A stretch of 64,000 nucleotides of DNA from the human T2T-CHM13v2.0 reference genome, Homo sapiens, in NCBI RefSeq assembly GCF_009914755.1, contig NC_060942.1; one strand, given 5' to 3'. The position numbers and the translations under genes were made by a program. A model generated the notes under the pieces. That model did not search any database. It had not been told where the DNA came from and saw only the letters and a program-made list of their open reading frames with translations. Position 1 is the stretch's first letter, and every line of letters begins with the position of its first letter. Of this stretch, positions 23,424-40,499 are shown piece by piece.

Positions 23424-24460
23424 ATATATGCTGTGCAGAAAAATAAAGCAGCGTTGGGGAAAGAGCATGGGGGTGGTGCCATTTAAATAAGGAGGTGTCA
23501 TTTGCAAGGAGGCCTAAATGAAGGCAGTGAGGGACCCAGTCACAAATCTAGGGGCAGAATACCCAGGCAGGGGCACAGCACCACAGCAGAGTCACAGCCT
23601 GTTTGGTGGCTGGGGCAGGAGAGCCGGAAGGGTGAAGACGTTGGAGGGGAGGTGCCCAGAAGAAGAGTCCCTGTTGCCTTGTAGACCAAGGTGGGGATTT
23701 TAGAGTTAGCCACCTTCCAGGAAATTTGTGAGGGTGAAGTGAGTTAAGCACTTCAGAATACCGAGCTTAAACTAGGCACATGGGAAGTATGAGTTCTCTT
23801 CCTCCTTGCTCATCATCCCAGCTCTAAGACAGCATGTTAAAACATTTTTCTCTGGCTTAGGTTTGTCTAAGTTCAACTGAGAATTTCTTCTCTTCCTAAC
23901 TGGTCACCCCATACAGGATCTGACATTTTCCATTGCTTCAGGGACTGCATTTCAAGGCTTGCAGGAGATCAGCTCCATCAGGGGACCTTCACTAAGGAGA
24001 ACACCTGCTCAACCACCTGCAGTGCAAGTGCGGTCGGAGAGGAATCCCTTTTCCTCCGCTCCATCCTCACCCCTGCTCGTCTCTGAAGACTCTCAGCAGA
24101 CACTGGAGAGGAACACGGCTACATACTAGAAGAGTCTCTCCTGTCTTCTATTTCCAGAGTGGCCCTATTATGGAACTAAGCCAATGGACTTTGAAGGTTC
24201 ATCTATCATTTACAACTGATCTCATTGTACTTTTTGCTTAAAAAGTATTTTAATGAATGAAAGAAGTGTAAGATGATAGTATGTATGAATACATTCCCAT
24301 AGATGAAAGCTCATTCTACCCTGGGACTGTTTATCAAGCATCACAAATCTTTGCAAATTTCTAATTTTGCAAATTAGAAATTTCCCTCGTTGTCTTTAAA
24401 ATATGCATTTTAGAATGACATTTCAGCTATTCACTGCTTTACAGAAGTTCCTATGATTTG

Positions 24461-24719
24461 TTTGGGAAAGTAGGCAGGTAGCATGTTGTTGTGAGAATAG
24501 GTGTGTAGCATGGTGTTGTGGGAACAGGCTTGTATGTAGTATGGTCCTGTGGGAGTAGGCATGTAGCAGTGGTGTCATAGGAACAGGCATGCAGCATAGT
24601 GTTGTGGGAACAGGTGTGTAGCAGTGATGTTGTGGGAATAGGCGTGTAGCATGTTGTGGGAACAGGCATGTAGCATGGTGTCATGGGAACAGGCAGGTAG
24701 CAGTGGTGTTGTGGCATGC
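24461..24719. repeat. Degenerate minisatellite, ~27-30 bp unit (tgttgtgggaacaggcatgtagcatgg), ~9 copies
   Basis: Direct read; gives the repetitive PTT-CY ORF on the - strand. Confidence 0.88.
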
Positions 24720-26044
24720 TCATGTGCTGTGCTCCTGCAACTCTGACCAGGGGGCCTCAGGAAATCCTGAAGACTATCCATTTAGTTAACACTTTAGGGA
24801 AAAACTGATTAATATGCTGGCACTAAAAATGTTTGCCACCCAGGCTCTTTGGGGCGTTACTAATGGACTTGTGTAAACTTTTTGAATTCCAAAGTAATAC
24901 AGTTCTTCTATTTTGCCTCTGATGTGTCTGAGATGGAAATGTCTGGATGGCAGCGGAAACTTAAACAGGCAAATGGGAAAATTCAGTCGTAAAGTGTTGT
25001 GGTGGGCTTTTAAAAAATACAAAACTAGACTTTTCTGTTCATCTTACATCTGCTTGGAGAGTGTGGAAGTGTGGAGTGCAATCTATGCTAGAAAGAGAAA
25101 ATGAGAAAATAGCTTGTGGAAAGATTAGGGAACATTTGCTACCAATTATGGCTTTCAGTCCTGAAGCCAAGCCTTGAATTCGACTCAGCAAAGTGAAATA
25201 ATGAATCTTTCACCGAGCGTGCTTTCATCTTCAGTTGAGATTTAATATAACATTTGGTATTTTGAATGTAGCTTTTGACACTCCAGGAAGGGAAAGCAGC
25301 TCCGAGTTGTTTGTTTTCCTGAGCTTCCGTCTTGTTTGGGGTGTCAGTAACACCAGAGCCTATGACAGGCAGCTGATCGCTGGGAAAGTGCAGCCAAAAG
25401 GAAGATCCCAGCCAAGCCATGAACTTTAGTTCAAATGCTCATCTCTGGCAGACAATGCCATCCCTTGTGTGGATGAAAAATAGGGACAGAGCTTTGTATG
25501 GGAATGGTAATGACAATATGCCCTAAGATTCACTTTCTTATTAATGCAGGGTTTGTGCTACCACACCATGAAAGACAACTGTGTATTTACTGAAAACAGG
25601 GTCATATTCATTGTGTGGTGTCCTGGAAAAATACAAGATCTTTCCAAAACTCAAAATCTTCTCTAAAATTTAATGCCCGTTAAAGGGTATGAGCTTAATC
25701 CTCAGATTAGAAAGCCCTGTTTAGAAATTTTTCACTGTTTATTCTAATGATCTGGGCCTTTTAGACCTCCTGAGCCCTTGACCTTAATCATCACTCCCTA
25801 CCCCCTTAATGAAACTCCCATTTTCCTTGGGTTTCTTGGCTATTCTCTCAATGGAAGTTCCTTCTCTCTTGACACTGTAAATGGCACTTATAAAATGTTT
25901 GCCTTCAAGCTCTCTTCTCTTGTTTCTCAACACCATTTTTCTTATAGAGTGAATTCTCTTCCAGTTTAAATAATTACAAAGTCTCTATTCCAAACCTTGT
26001 TTTGCCTCCTGAGCTCTGCTTTCTTATTTCTCTATTTCTTTCTT

Positions 26045-26698
<654 letters not shown>

Positions 26699-27202
26699 TT
26701 CTTTTCCATTTTTATCCTACTTTCTCAACTTTTCTCCCAAGCTTTCTATTGAAATTTTCATTTCTTTTATCCTGTTTTAATTTCAAAAAGCTCTTTCTTA
26801 TTCTGTGTTTTTACATACATATATCTCGTCTTGTTTCATGCAGGTAATAATATTTCTCATTTCTGAAGACACGGATGAGTAGTTTTTAAAAGTCTATTTC
26901 TGTCCAATTGCCTTTTTCAGCTCATTTCTGTTTTCTTGATAAAGGTTTTCTTCAGATGGATTTTCAACTGCCTGCTGGTGGTTGGGTGTGAAGCTGGGTC
27001 TGCACAGCTTTTCAGCTATGGGCTTTGCTGCAGGGTCACCCGACTGGGCTGTTGTTGGGTGCTTTGGGGGAAGGCTTGTTGGATACCCCTGAAAAGGATC
27101 TTTCATGAAGAGTATAAGTTTGGCTGCCAGAGTCCCAGGGCGGGCCATTGCAAGTCCATGCCAGGTCTTTGTGAAAATTAGGAAGAGGCACCTTCTCTCC
27201 AG

Positions 27203-27358
27203 GAGGCAGCCCTGCAGGAGCAGCATTGGTGATCAGATGGCACCTTCTGGAGAATGAGGGAAAGGGGCACATTCCTCCAAGAGGCAGCCCTGCAGGAGCA
27301 GCATTGGTGATCAGATGGCACCTTCTGGAGAATGAGGGAAAGGGGCACCTTCCTCCAG
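27203..27358. repeat. Near-perfect 78-bp tandem duplication
   Basis: gaggcagccctgcaggagcagcattgg... starts at 27203 and again at 27281. Confidence 0.93.
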
Positions 27359-27837
27359 GCACAGGGCCAGAGGCCGGAGAGAGGAGCTCAATCTCAACCC
27401 CACCCAGCCCTTCAGCCAGGTGCCCTGTGCAGGACAAACCTGTTCAACTGCACATGGTGGCTTTGGGGCTGGGGGCTGAGTGAAGGAAGAGGGAGGAGTA
27501 TGTAAAACATTACTTTAATCCCCCTGTTTCCAGCACAGTAACCCCAACTGAAATTGTTTAGTGCCTCTCCCATCCCAGGAACTCTCAATTTTATCTACTT
27601 TTTCAAGAGAATAAACTCTGAAAGGCAACTATTTCCCAGAAGGTGCAAGGCATCTGATGTCTAGTGACACAATTGCTTCCCAAGTCCATTTGCAGCCTCC
27701 TCTTTTTGTACCCATCTTTACTTACAGTTCCAGAAGGGCCTGGTGTCACCAGTTCCCACATCTTCAGGAGGTTCTGCATTGCAAAGTAGGTTGCTTGTCA
27801 GCTCTCCCTGCTGCTGGCTTAGAATTCAGGTTTCTTA

Positions 27838-28163
27838 GGCCGGGCAAGGTGGCTCACACCTGTAATCCCAGTACTTTGGGAGGCCAAGGTGGGCCTGAGA
27901 ATGGCCAACAGCGAGTGGATCACTTGAGGTCAGGGGTTCAAGACCACCCTGGCCAACATGGTGAAACCCCATCTGTACTAAAAATACAAAAATTAGCCAG
28001 GCACGGTGGCGGGTGCCTGTAATCCTAGCTACTTGGGAGGCTGAGGCAGTAGAATCACATGAACCCAGGAGGTGGAGGTTGCAGTGAGCCAAGATCGTGT
28101 CACTACCCTCCAGCTTGGGCGATAGAGCAAGACGCCATCTCAAAAAAAAAAAAAAAAAAAAAA
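27838..28163 (+). mobile_element. AluS with a short non-Alu insertion
   Basis: Alu dimer with extra cctgagaatggccaacagcga near 27895-27915. Confidence 0.88.
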
Positions 28164-28782
28164 GACGAATAACATTGCATTGTGAGTGTGTGTTCATTTT
28201 CTTTATCCATTCATCCACTGATGAACATTTAGGTTGTTTCCATATCTTTGCAAATTTTCTATATTTTTAGAACATCCACTGTCATTTTAGTAGGATTTCT
28301 TGAGAGATCAGAGTTAAATAAGTATTTTTCAGCCAGCTTTCTTTAAACAAAAATTGGTGTTACTTTTTAAAAGGCTCATTTTAGCAGTTTTTAATAAAAG
28401 TTGTACATAAGATGACTTTATGACTTTTTTTCTCAGTAGTCTCATCCTTGTATTTGTCCTTTTCCATTTCTCCTTGGTCTTTTCATAGTCTTTGTCCAGG
28501 TTTAGTTGGTGATAACCACTTTCTAAGGTGAATATACACACGTGGACCATTGTACTGTGAGACACTGTGCTGTGAAATCACACTGAACATGTTAAATCAT
28601 GCATTCAGTGCAGATGACACATTTTTCCTGCAAATCTGAATGACCTGGCCAGTTTGCCTGCTTTTGCACTGACCTTGAATGACTTGGACTTTTGACTTTG
28701 CAAACTGGAAAGAGAAGACATAATATTCCTACTAATAGGTGAAAGTGCATAGAAAGGTCTTTTATGGTTTTTTGCTAGGTGA

Positions 28783-29754
<972 letters not shown>

Positions 29755-30302
29755 ATCTTTTTTGCTAAACAATGTGGATAAAGTCTTATTCTTTGGTTCC
29801 CTTCAAATTTAACAGTCCTTCCACTAAAACATCCTTCTTTCAGACAGTTATATTACTCTATAATTGGCAAAAGTGCAGCTTTCCTCAGGTACATTCTAGT
29901 CCTAAGGATACACTATAATTACTTTGATTGATCTTGGGTAGCTTTCAGGTCTCCATAGAAATATATTTACATTTTAGTATGGGTTATTTCTGTAAGTGTC
30001 TACTTTCAACCATTCTTCATTTTCAGAGGCCTTGTCCTCAAATTCCATGAGTGGGAGCCCCTAATCATAACTGCCCATATCCTGATTATGTTCGTCATTT
30101 ATCCACTTCCCAGAGCCGTTGGGAGGATCAGGTAAGAGGATGTACATGAAAACACTCTGTCAGCAGGAAGGCTGACACATTAAGGTGTCACTTTTTTCAA
30201 AACATCCTATTCTTTGTTTATAGTCCACCCTGAAAAAAAAACATTCAATGGATTAGGAAATGACCATTAATCTGGAAAAAAATTCCACAATGTAATTGAT
30301 CA

Positions 30303-31108
30303 TTAGTCAGGGGTGGTGGCATACACATTTGGTCCTAGCTACTCAGGAGGCTGAGGTGGGAGGATCGTTTGAGTCTGGGAGATTGAAGCTGCAGTGAGCC
30401 GTGACTGTGCCATTGCATTCCAGCTTGGGCAACAGAGTAAGACCCTGTCTCAAAAAAAAAAAAAAGAAAAAGAAAAAGATTTTTCATTTGGAAGTGCCAG
30501 TTTATCCCCTGCAAATATTAATAAATAAACAAATCGTCTGTGCTCAGTCTTATATAGAAATTGTATTCATTTGCAACTATAATTAACTTAAAATGGAACT
30601 GAAGTAGGCTGCAGATACCATAAAATACTATATATTAACTGTTATTTATTCCAAAAATTCTATATGATTCTCTCTCCCTGAGTCTTCTAATCTTGGATTA
30701 TGGGTCTCCAATTTTTTCTCTCTTTTTTTAAAACACATTGACTAAAATTATTTTTTCTCCCTGTGTTTTGGTATCACTATTAATTGTAAATATTATCAAT
30801 CTGCCAGGTGCAGTGGTTCATGCCTATAATGCTAGCACTTTGGGAGGCTGAGGTGGGAAGACTGCTTGAGCCCAGGAGTTTGAGACCAGCCTGGCCAACA
30901 TGGTGAAACCCTGTCTCTACAAAAAAATACGAAAATTAGCTGGGTGTGGTAATGCGCACCTGTAGTCCCAGCTACTCAGGAGGCTGAGGCGGGAGGATCG
31001 CTTGAGCCCAGGAAGTCAAGGCTGCAGTGAGCCATGATTGTGCCACTGTACTCCAGTGGGGATGTCACAGCAAGGTCCTGTCTCAAAAAAATTAAAATAA
31101 ATAAATAA
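30303..31108 (+). mobile_element. Alu right monomer (30303-30478) and AluJ (30803-31108)
   Basis: Alu sequence with poly-A tails; TSD aaat(a/g)ttatcaatc for the second. Confidence 0.85.
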
Positions 31109-31599
31109 ATGTTATCAATCAACATTGACTAATAGTATTTAGTACTTAACATTTAAGTAGGGAAAATAAAAACATGAGCTTTCTTACACTATTATTCTTC
31201 ATGCCCTTTGCCTGATTTAAGTCTAACATGCATTGATTTCAGTGAAGTCTTTATTCTTGCAAGCACCAGAGGCAGAGTAGGTCATAATTTTAGAAAATTG
31301 ATGTTAATATTAAAGTGTCCACCTTCAGAATACAGAAAAGGTATAATTAGAAAATCATCGTTCATTCTTTGTAATATTCTGGAGTCAAGAAACCTCTTCT
31401 ATTTTCTATCATCTATTGTCTATAGGTTTAAGTTTTTTCTGTCTTTTAATTTTAAAAGCTGCATATATCCCATTCCAGTCCAGTGGAGTAGTCAGCCCTT
31501 TCCTCCCTTCCTTTTCCTGGGCCCTGCCTTGCTGCCTCCATCCTTCCCTCCCTTCCCAGATTATGTGATATTAAAGGACAGAACTAAATTCCAGTTTGA

Positions 31600-31936
<337 letters not shown>

Positions 31937-32559
31937 AACACACATTTAATTTATTTTTATAGAGCCAGAAAATCAATACTGAATTAAAAAGCAGGCATTT
32001 CTCCTTCCAAGGCTCTAAGATCCAAGAGGGGTGGGTCTGTGGAGGATGTGGTCATCATTGTAATTCTCATACTTAGCAAATTCCCTGGTACAAAGTAGTT
32101 GTTCAATAAAACTTTCTTGATTTAGTTCATCTGCATAAATGGCCCACCACAATTTGGATAATGGCATTGTATTATCTGAAGACAATAAATACAACTCATT
32201 TGAAGTCCAGGTCTCTAGGTTCACATGGAGCTCAAACAGAGAAGACAGCTCCTGGTTCACATGCGTTTGGTCAGAACATTTATCTTACAGAAAAAATGTA
32301 GGAATTAAGACCCCTAGATGAAGTTGCAAGATGATTGCCATTTTATTTTCTCTTCCAGATTTTGCTGCCTGTTTTGGCATTATCTCCATAGATTCACCAC
32401 GGCTTCGTCCTTCCCTGGGCCTGCCTACTCTACTCAACATTCCACCTCTTCCTATGTCACATGTAAGAGCTCAGAGTTTTATGTAATAAATGTGTGAAAC
32501 AAATCCAATATTCCTGTGTCTTAAACAAAAAGGCAAAACCTTTTACTAAAGGGATAGGT

Positions 32560-34250
32560 ACAAAGTAAAGTATTCATATGACACAGACCTTTAAACTTTC
32601 CTGGCTCAATAGCACAATCCAAATAAATCAATAGAATATTTGCCAGCAGTCCAGAGGCCCCCTCCAGCCACTGCCCTCTGTCAAAGGTCTCCTGTATGCT
32701 GACTTGCATCAGATTAGTTTTGCCTATTCTTTTAAAAAATTGTGTTACTATATATATATATAGCTTAAAAATTACCAACTTAACCATGTTATTTATTTAT
32801 TTGTTTGTTTTTGTTTTTATTTTATTTTTTGAGAAAGAGTCTCACTCTGTCTCCCATGCTGGAGTGCAGTGGCATGATCTCAGCTCACTACAAGCTCAAC
32901 CACCCTAGCTCAAGCTATCCTTCCGCCTCAGTCTCCCGAGTAGCTGAGACTACAGGCGCATGCCACCACGCCTGGCTAATTTTTGTATTTTTTTGTAGAG
33001 ATGCGGTTTCGCCATGTTGCCGAAGCTGGTCTTGAACTGCTGGGCTCAAAAGATTCAGTAACTTCAGCCTCCCAGAGTCTTTGAACTACAGGCGTAAGCC
33101 ACCGCACCTGGACTTAACCATTTTAAAGTGTGCAGTTTAGCAAAGGTAAGAACATTCACAATGTTGTCCACCAATTGCTAGAGCTTATCTTGAAAAACTC
33201 AAACTCTATATCCATCCAACTACTCATTTCACCCAACTCCCAGCCCCTGACAAACACCACTCTATTTTTGTCTATAAATCTAACTACTCTTAGGTACCAT
33301 GTATAAGTGGAATCATATAGTATTTACCTCTTTGTGACTGGCTTATTACATAGTTTTGCCTATTCTTAATCTTGATTCATATACACAGAATCATATAATA
33401 TGGGTTCTTCTGTGTCTTTTTCTGCTCCACATAATAGCATTAAGATTCATCCATGTTGCTGCGTGTCTCATTAATTCTATTGCACAATTAAGTATACACT
33501 ACAATTTATCTTTCCATTCCCCTGTTCATGGGCATTTGGGTTGTTTTTTATTTTGGGCTATTTATGAATGAAGCTGCTGTGCATCTTCATATATTTGTTT
33601 TGTTTTTTTTTTTTTTTTTTGGTGGATATACTTACTCATTTCCTTGGGGTATCACATCTGGGAGGGGAATTTCTGGTTCATCAGGCAGACAGATGTTTAT
33701 CTGTAGTAAACACTGTCAAACCGTTTTCCAGAGTGGAATGCATGAGAGTTCTAGTTGCTCTACAACCTTACCATCATTTGGTATTGTCACTTTAGTAATT
33801 TTAGTCTTTTAAAGATGTGTAAGGGTATCTTAGGGTGTTTTAATTTGTATTTTCCTTGTAAGTAATGATGATGAGCACCATTTCACATGCTGCTTGGCTT
33901 TCTGAGATCTTCTTTTGTGGATAGTATGTTTGTTTGTTTTGCCTGTTAATTGAAGGGATTGATTTTTTCTTATTGATTTGTAGGAGCTCTTTACATATCC
34001 TGAATAGAAATTGTTGTCTCCCAGTGGTCTGTGGCTTGCATTTTCATTCTCTTGGTGTTGTCTTTTGATAAAAAGATGTTATTAACGGTAAAAAAAAAAA
34101 AAAGACTAATTTACCATTTTTTCTTTTTTTAAGAGCTTTCTTGTGTCTTAAGACCTTTGCCTACCCCAAGGTCACTTTCAGAAGTTTTGTTATTTTATCT
34201 TTCAAGTTTCGATCTAAGATCCATCTCAAATTATTTTTTTGTATGGTGTC
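32560..34250 (-). mobile_element. Old L1M 3' fragments with an AluJ (32810-33113)
   Basis: ataagtggaatcatatagtattt; attcatccatgttgctgcg; tgatgagcaccatttcacatg. Confidence 0.7.
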
Positions 34251-34726
34251 CCATAGCATTTTAACTGTCCCCTAAGAGTGATGAGCTCTCTCTCTCACCC
34301 TTGATGATCTTGGTCCTTCCATCTCTTTATCAAAATGTGGCCATTTTAAGTCAAGTGAGGCTAGTGGAGAAGCTGTGGAGATATTTTAGGGGAATGGAAG
34401 CCTTTCTTATCAAGTCACATTTCTTAAGTGTCTACTTTTGCAGCTTTGAATCTATGTCCAATTCTTTTCTAGGGTAATTCTAATTTACAAGCATGTTGCC
34501 AATGTGGAAACATTATAATTTGTTTAAAAGTTGGGCAAAAATCAGAAACTAAATGTTCCCTAGCAAAGCAAAAATTGCCCCAGACAAAGTTAAACAGGGA
34601 AGGAAGACTTTATTGAAGGCTATTGAAATAGAGGAGAGAGACCAGAGCTAAGTCTAAACTCAACTCCACTGAAGCAGGGGGCAGTAGGGTTTTTTAAGGG
34701 TTGGAGTGAGCAAGTTGAGGAGTACT

Positions 34727-35063
<337 letters not shown>

Positions 35064-35261
35064 AACTGGAACATAAACTCCTCCTATCTTTTTGATACGA
35101 GGTAGCTTTTCAAGTGGGAGCACAACACTCACTGACGTTAGGCTCCCATCCTCCCACACTGAGGACATAGGGCACTATCTGCTTTGATGATTACATTTCA
35201 AAGAGGTGGCTCCTGGGTCCTTGAGAAAGACATTCCTGGGTGGTAAAGCTGGCAAGAGGAG

Positions 35262-35262
<1 letters not shown>

Positions 35263-35346
<84 letters not shown>
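35263..35346. repeat. Compound (TA)n(CA)n microsatellite
   Basis: Direct read. Confidence 0.95.
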
Positions 35347-35564
35347 TTACATACATCTCAAAGAGGTAGAGAAAGACCAGTGCAGCTGAGAAACAAATGC
35401 CACCCCTCAAAGGAGACGATGACACATCATGCATGGAAGAAGTAGACTACGCTCTGGCTGAGGAATGACTTCTACATGTGTTCAATGTTCTACAATTCCT
35501 CTGATAGTATATTTTCAAGGATTTTTTTCTTTATTTTTGTTAACACTTAAAAAGTCTGTATGGC

Positions 35565-35944
<380 letters not shown>

Positions 35945-36347
35945 TTAGGCACTAAGGCAGAGCTAGTAATGCTTTCGTAGTTTCACATTGGCTTATTTTA
36001 ACAGATCAAGGCAACGTGTGTTGTAAGTATGTAAACTGATACTAACCTTGTGGTCTAAAGTATTTAGCTATCAAGCCAGATTCCCTAGTAGACCAAGTCT
36101 TATTATCAAAGTGTTCTGAGGTGTACCTTGATGTTTAGGAGAAAAGTATTTGTTACATCTTCTAGGATCTACTTTTTGAACTTTTCATTCCCTGTAGTTG
36201 CCAATTCTGCATGTGCTAGTCCTCTAGAAATAGGTTAAACTGAAGCAACTCGATGGAAGGAACTCTCCACAGGGCTTGTTTTCCAAAGAAAAGTATTGCT
36301 TGGAGGAGCAAAATTATTAGCCTACTCTAAGCATCATAAAGTGTTCA

Positions 36348-36716
<369 letters not shown>

Positions 36717-38174
36717 TTAAAGTTGTAATGAATACAGATGAGTTAAAAGAGAGAAAAAAAAAAGAGGTAGAGAAAGAATTTAAAATGACAAGTTTTTTAA
36801 AGTAAATGCTCTGCAGGCAGGTGTTGTGGCTCTGGTCTGTAACTTCAGTTACTCAGGAAGTGGAGGTGGGAGGATCCCTTCAGCCCAGGAGTTCAAGACC
36901 AGCTTGAGCAACATAGCAAGATCTCATCTCAATTTAAAATAAAATAAAAATTTTTAAAAATGAAGTAAATGCTCTATGAAAAGGAAACCCAAGGGCCTAG
37001 AGGCAGTAGGAACTGGTTTTCAGTAGTAAAGTTGAGGGGCATGTGGAGTCCATCTTGGCTTTCCTCTGACAGCCAGTGAAGATGGAACCCGTATCCGCAC
37101 ACTGAAGCTGCTCCCTGGGCTTGCTGCATGCCTGCCTGCAGGTTGGTTGAGCTTTGCAGGAAAGCCGCGTTGGCAAGTGTGCCAGGACCCTGAACTGCTT
37201 TGGGGACCGACAGAATGCAAGTCTGAGGCCGTAGAGACTTAGGGAGGGGAAGTGCAGCTGCTGTTTGCTGCCAGATGCTGGGTGTGGGTTTGACACTTGC
37301 TTCCCCTTGGTGCAGAGAGACTCAGGCCCTCGTTGGTTCAGAGCTAGATGCCATTGAGCAGATATGCTTGCCTGGAGTAAGGCTGGGGGCCTTAGTGGGT
37401 GGCGTTGTGGGGGTCTGTGTGTTTCTCCCAAGTCCTACCAAAGACCTCACCTAGGATTGCCACAAGAGCCACATTCAGGGGAATCTCGGGCCCAAATGAG
37501 GCTGGGGCCTCTGTCATTTTTCCTGATTCAGCTCCATTCTGTCTCCTGCACCCACGCTCCTCAGACACTGGCACTTCTGTCCCTCCTCCGTTTGGGGCCT
37601 AGGGAAGTTTCACCTCCTGGCTAGGAGTGGTAGTACTCTGAGGGGTTTGCCAAATGGCTCATTTAGAATCTGCTTGTGTGGGGAAGGAAAGCAGCAAGTT
37701 GCAAAGGAATGAATGAGAGGGCACAAGAGAGGGGAGCTTGGCCTGTGCCACGCTGTGGGGCCAGACTCTTGGCTGGACAGGAGGGGATGAAGATAACGCA
37801 CACAGCTTGGATCATGTTTCCTCCCATATGACAGTGGAACCACTTCTGGAAGTTTCACCCTTTTTACTATTTATTTTAAACCTGAATAAGTAAATAAAGC
37901 CCCTGCCCCCTACCTCAAATCAAAACCCAAAACCTTCCTTGGGGTTTCCAGGAGCAAATGAAATTAAAATGTCTCATCTGATGGTCATCAGGAAGAGTGC
38001 TGATGGGTGAGTCTTCTGGCTTCCAAAGGGTGGGGCTAGGGGGTGTGTTGGAGCTTCCTCTTTGCTGCCCTGTGGTAGCTTAAAGCCCCTTTTCCTGGAC
38101 CTGGTTGTTTTGAGTCAGTTCAGTGGCTTGGCCCTGCCGCCTGGGTCCAGAATTCTTCCCCTACCCCATACTCA

Positions 38175-39184
<1,010 letters not shown>

Positions 39185-39283
39185 TGAGCTCTTCTTTAAA
39201 ATGGGAATCGTATGTAACTCTCAAAGGGGTCAAAGGAATTAAATTAGAATATACTCCTGACAGCCCTGGCAGTGCCCTGGCAT

Positions 39284-39417
39284 TGGGTTGCCAGATGAAA
39301 TTCAGGAAACCTAGTTAAGTTCAAATTTCAAATAAATATGAAGTAATTCTTTCATATGTGCAATTATTGCAAAAACTGTGTGTCCTATAGTTTTATTTGC
39401 TAAATCTGGCTACTGCA
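39284..39417. mobile_element. MER53-like hAT MITE
   Basis: TIRs gggttgccagat ... atctggctact; 8-bp TSD cctggcat at 39276-39283 and 39419-39426. Confidence 0.75.
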
Positions 39418-39495
39418 CCCTGGCATATTACAGGAGTTGGTAAATGTTTCCACGTTTTGACTTCCTCATAAGCCCATCTACAAAGGGCTTCAGAT

Positions 39496-39843
<348 letters not shown>

Positions 39844-40499
39844 TCAATGTTGCTACGTTGTGGTTTGAAGGATGGGGAGATAAGGAAGGTGAAGGTATAA
39901 AAATTGGCTAAGATCTCAACCTTATGTCCACAAGTAGAAGAGCATAAAAATAGTATAAAAATACTGAAGGCCAGTACAGTGTCCTGCGTGATCACGAATT
40001 CACCCTTTATGGTGTGTATAAATAAGTTTCAGGGTCTCCCAATAATTCACCATTATCTAGAAATTTAAAATTCTGTTTATAATGATATGGAAAAGTGCTT
40101 ATGGCATCATTTTAAGCAAGAAAAGCAGGGAAAAAATGTAGCTACATTGTGATCTCTACCACATTAAACTGCATAGGAGAAAAAAAATCTGGGAGGAAAT
40201 ATGTGAAAATAACTGTGTCATTGGGATTTATGTTCATCCCTGCATCTTTATACCTGGCAATATTATCCAAAGTTTCTATAATGAACTTACTACTCTTAAA
40301 ATTAATCTGAAAGTTCTCTCTTAAGTTATGTTTATCATTGTTTTACATGATAAATATAACTCTTAAGTTATATTTATCATTGTTTTACATTATGAATACA
40401 ATTCTAAATGAATTAAACAACTTACGGGAAATATAACTTCAAACTCTTAAGAATGGACGTAATATAGAAATTCAGGGTGTAACAAAACCATATGATCTT

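Noticed and set aside
24461-24719. Repeat array as CRISPR-like or as a coding PTT-CY repeat
   Set aside because: Units are degenerate and contiguous without unique spacers; human context with no cas genes.
35397-35450. Functional MEEVD micropeptide from the HSP90 retrocopy
   Set aside because: The stop is mutated to TAC, so EEVD is no longer C-terminal (required for TPR binding), and there is no promoter evidence.
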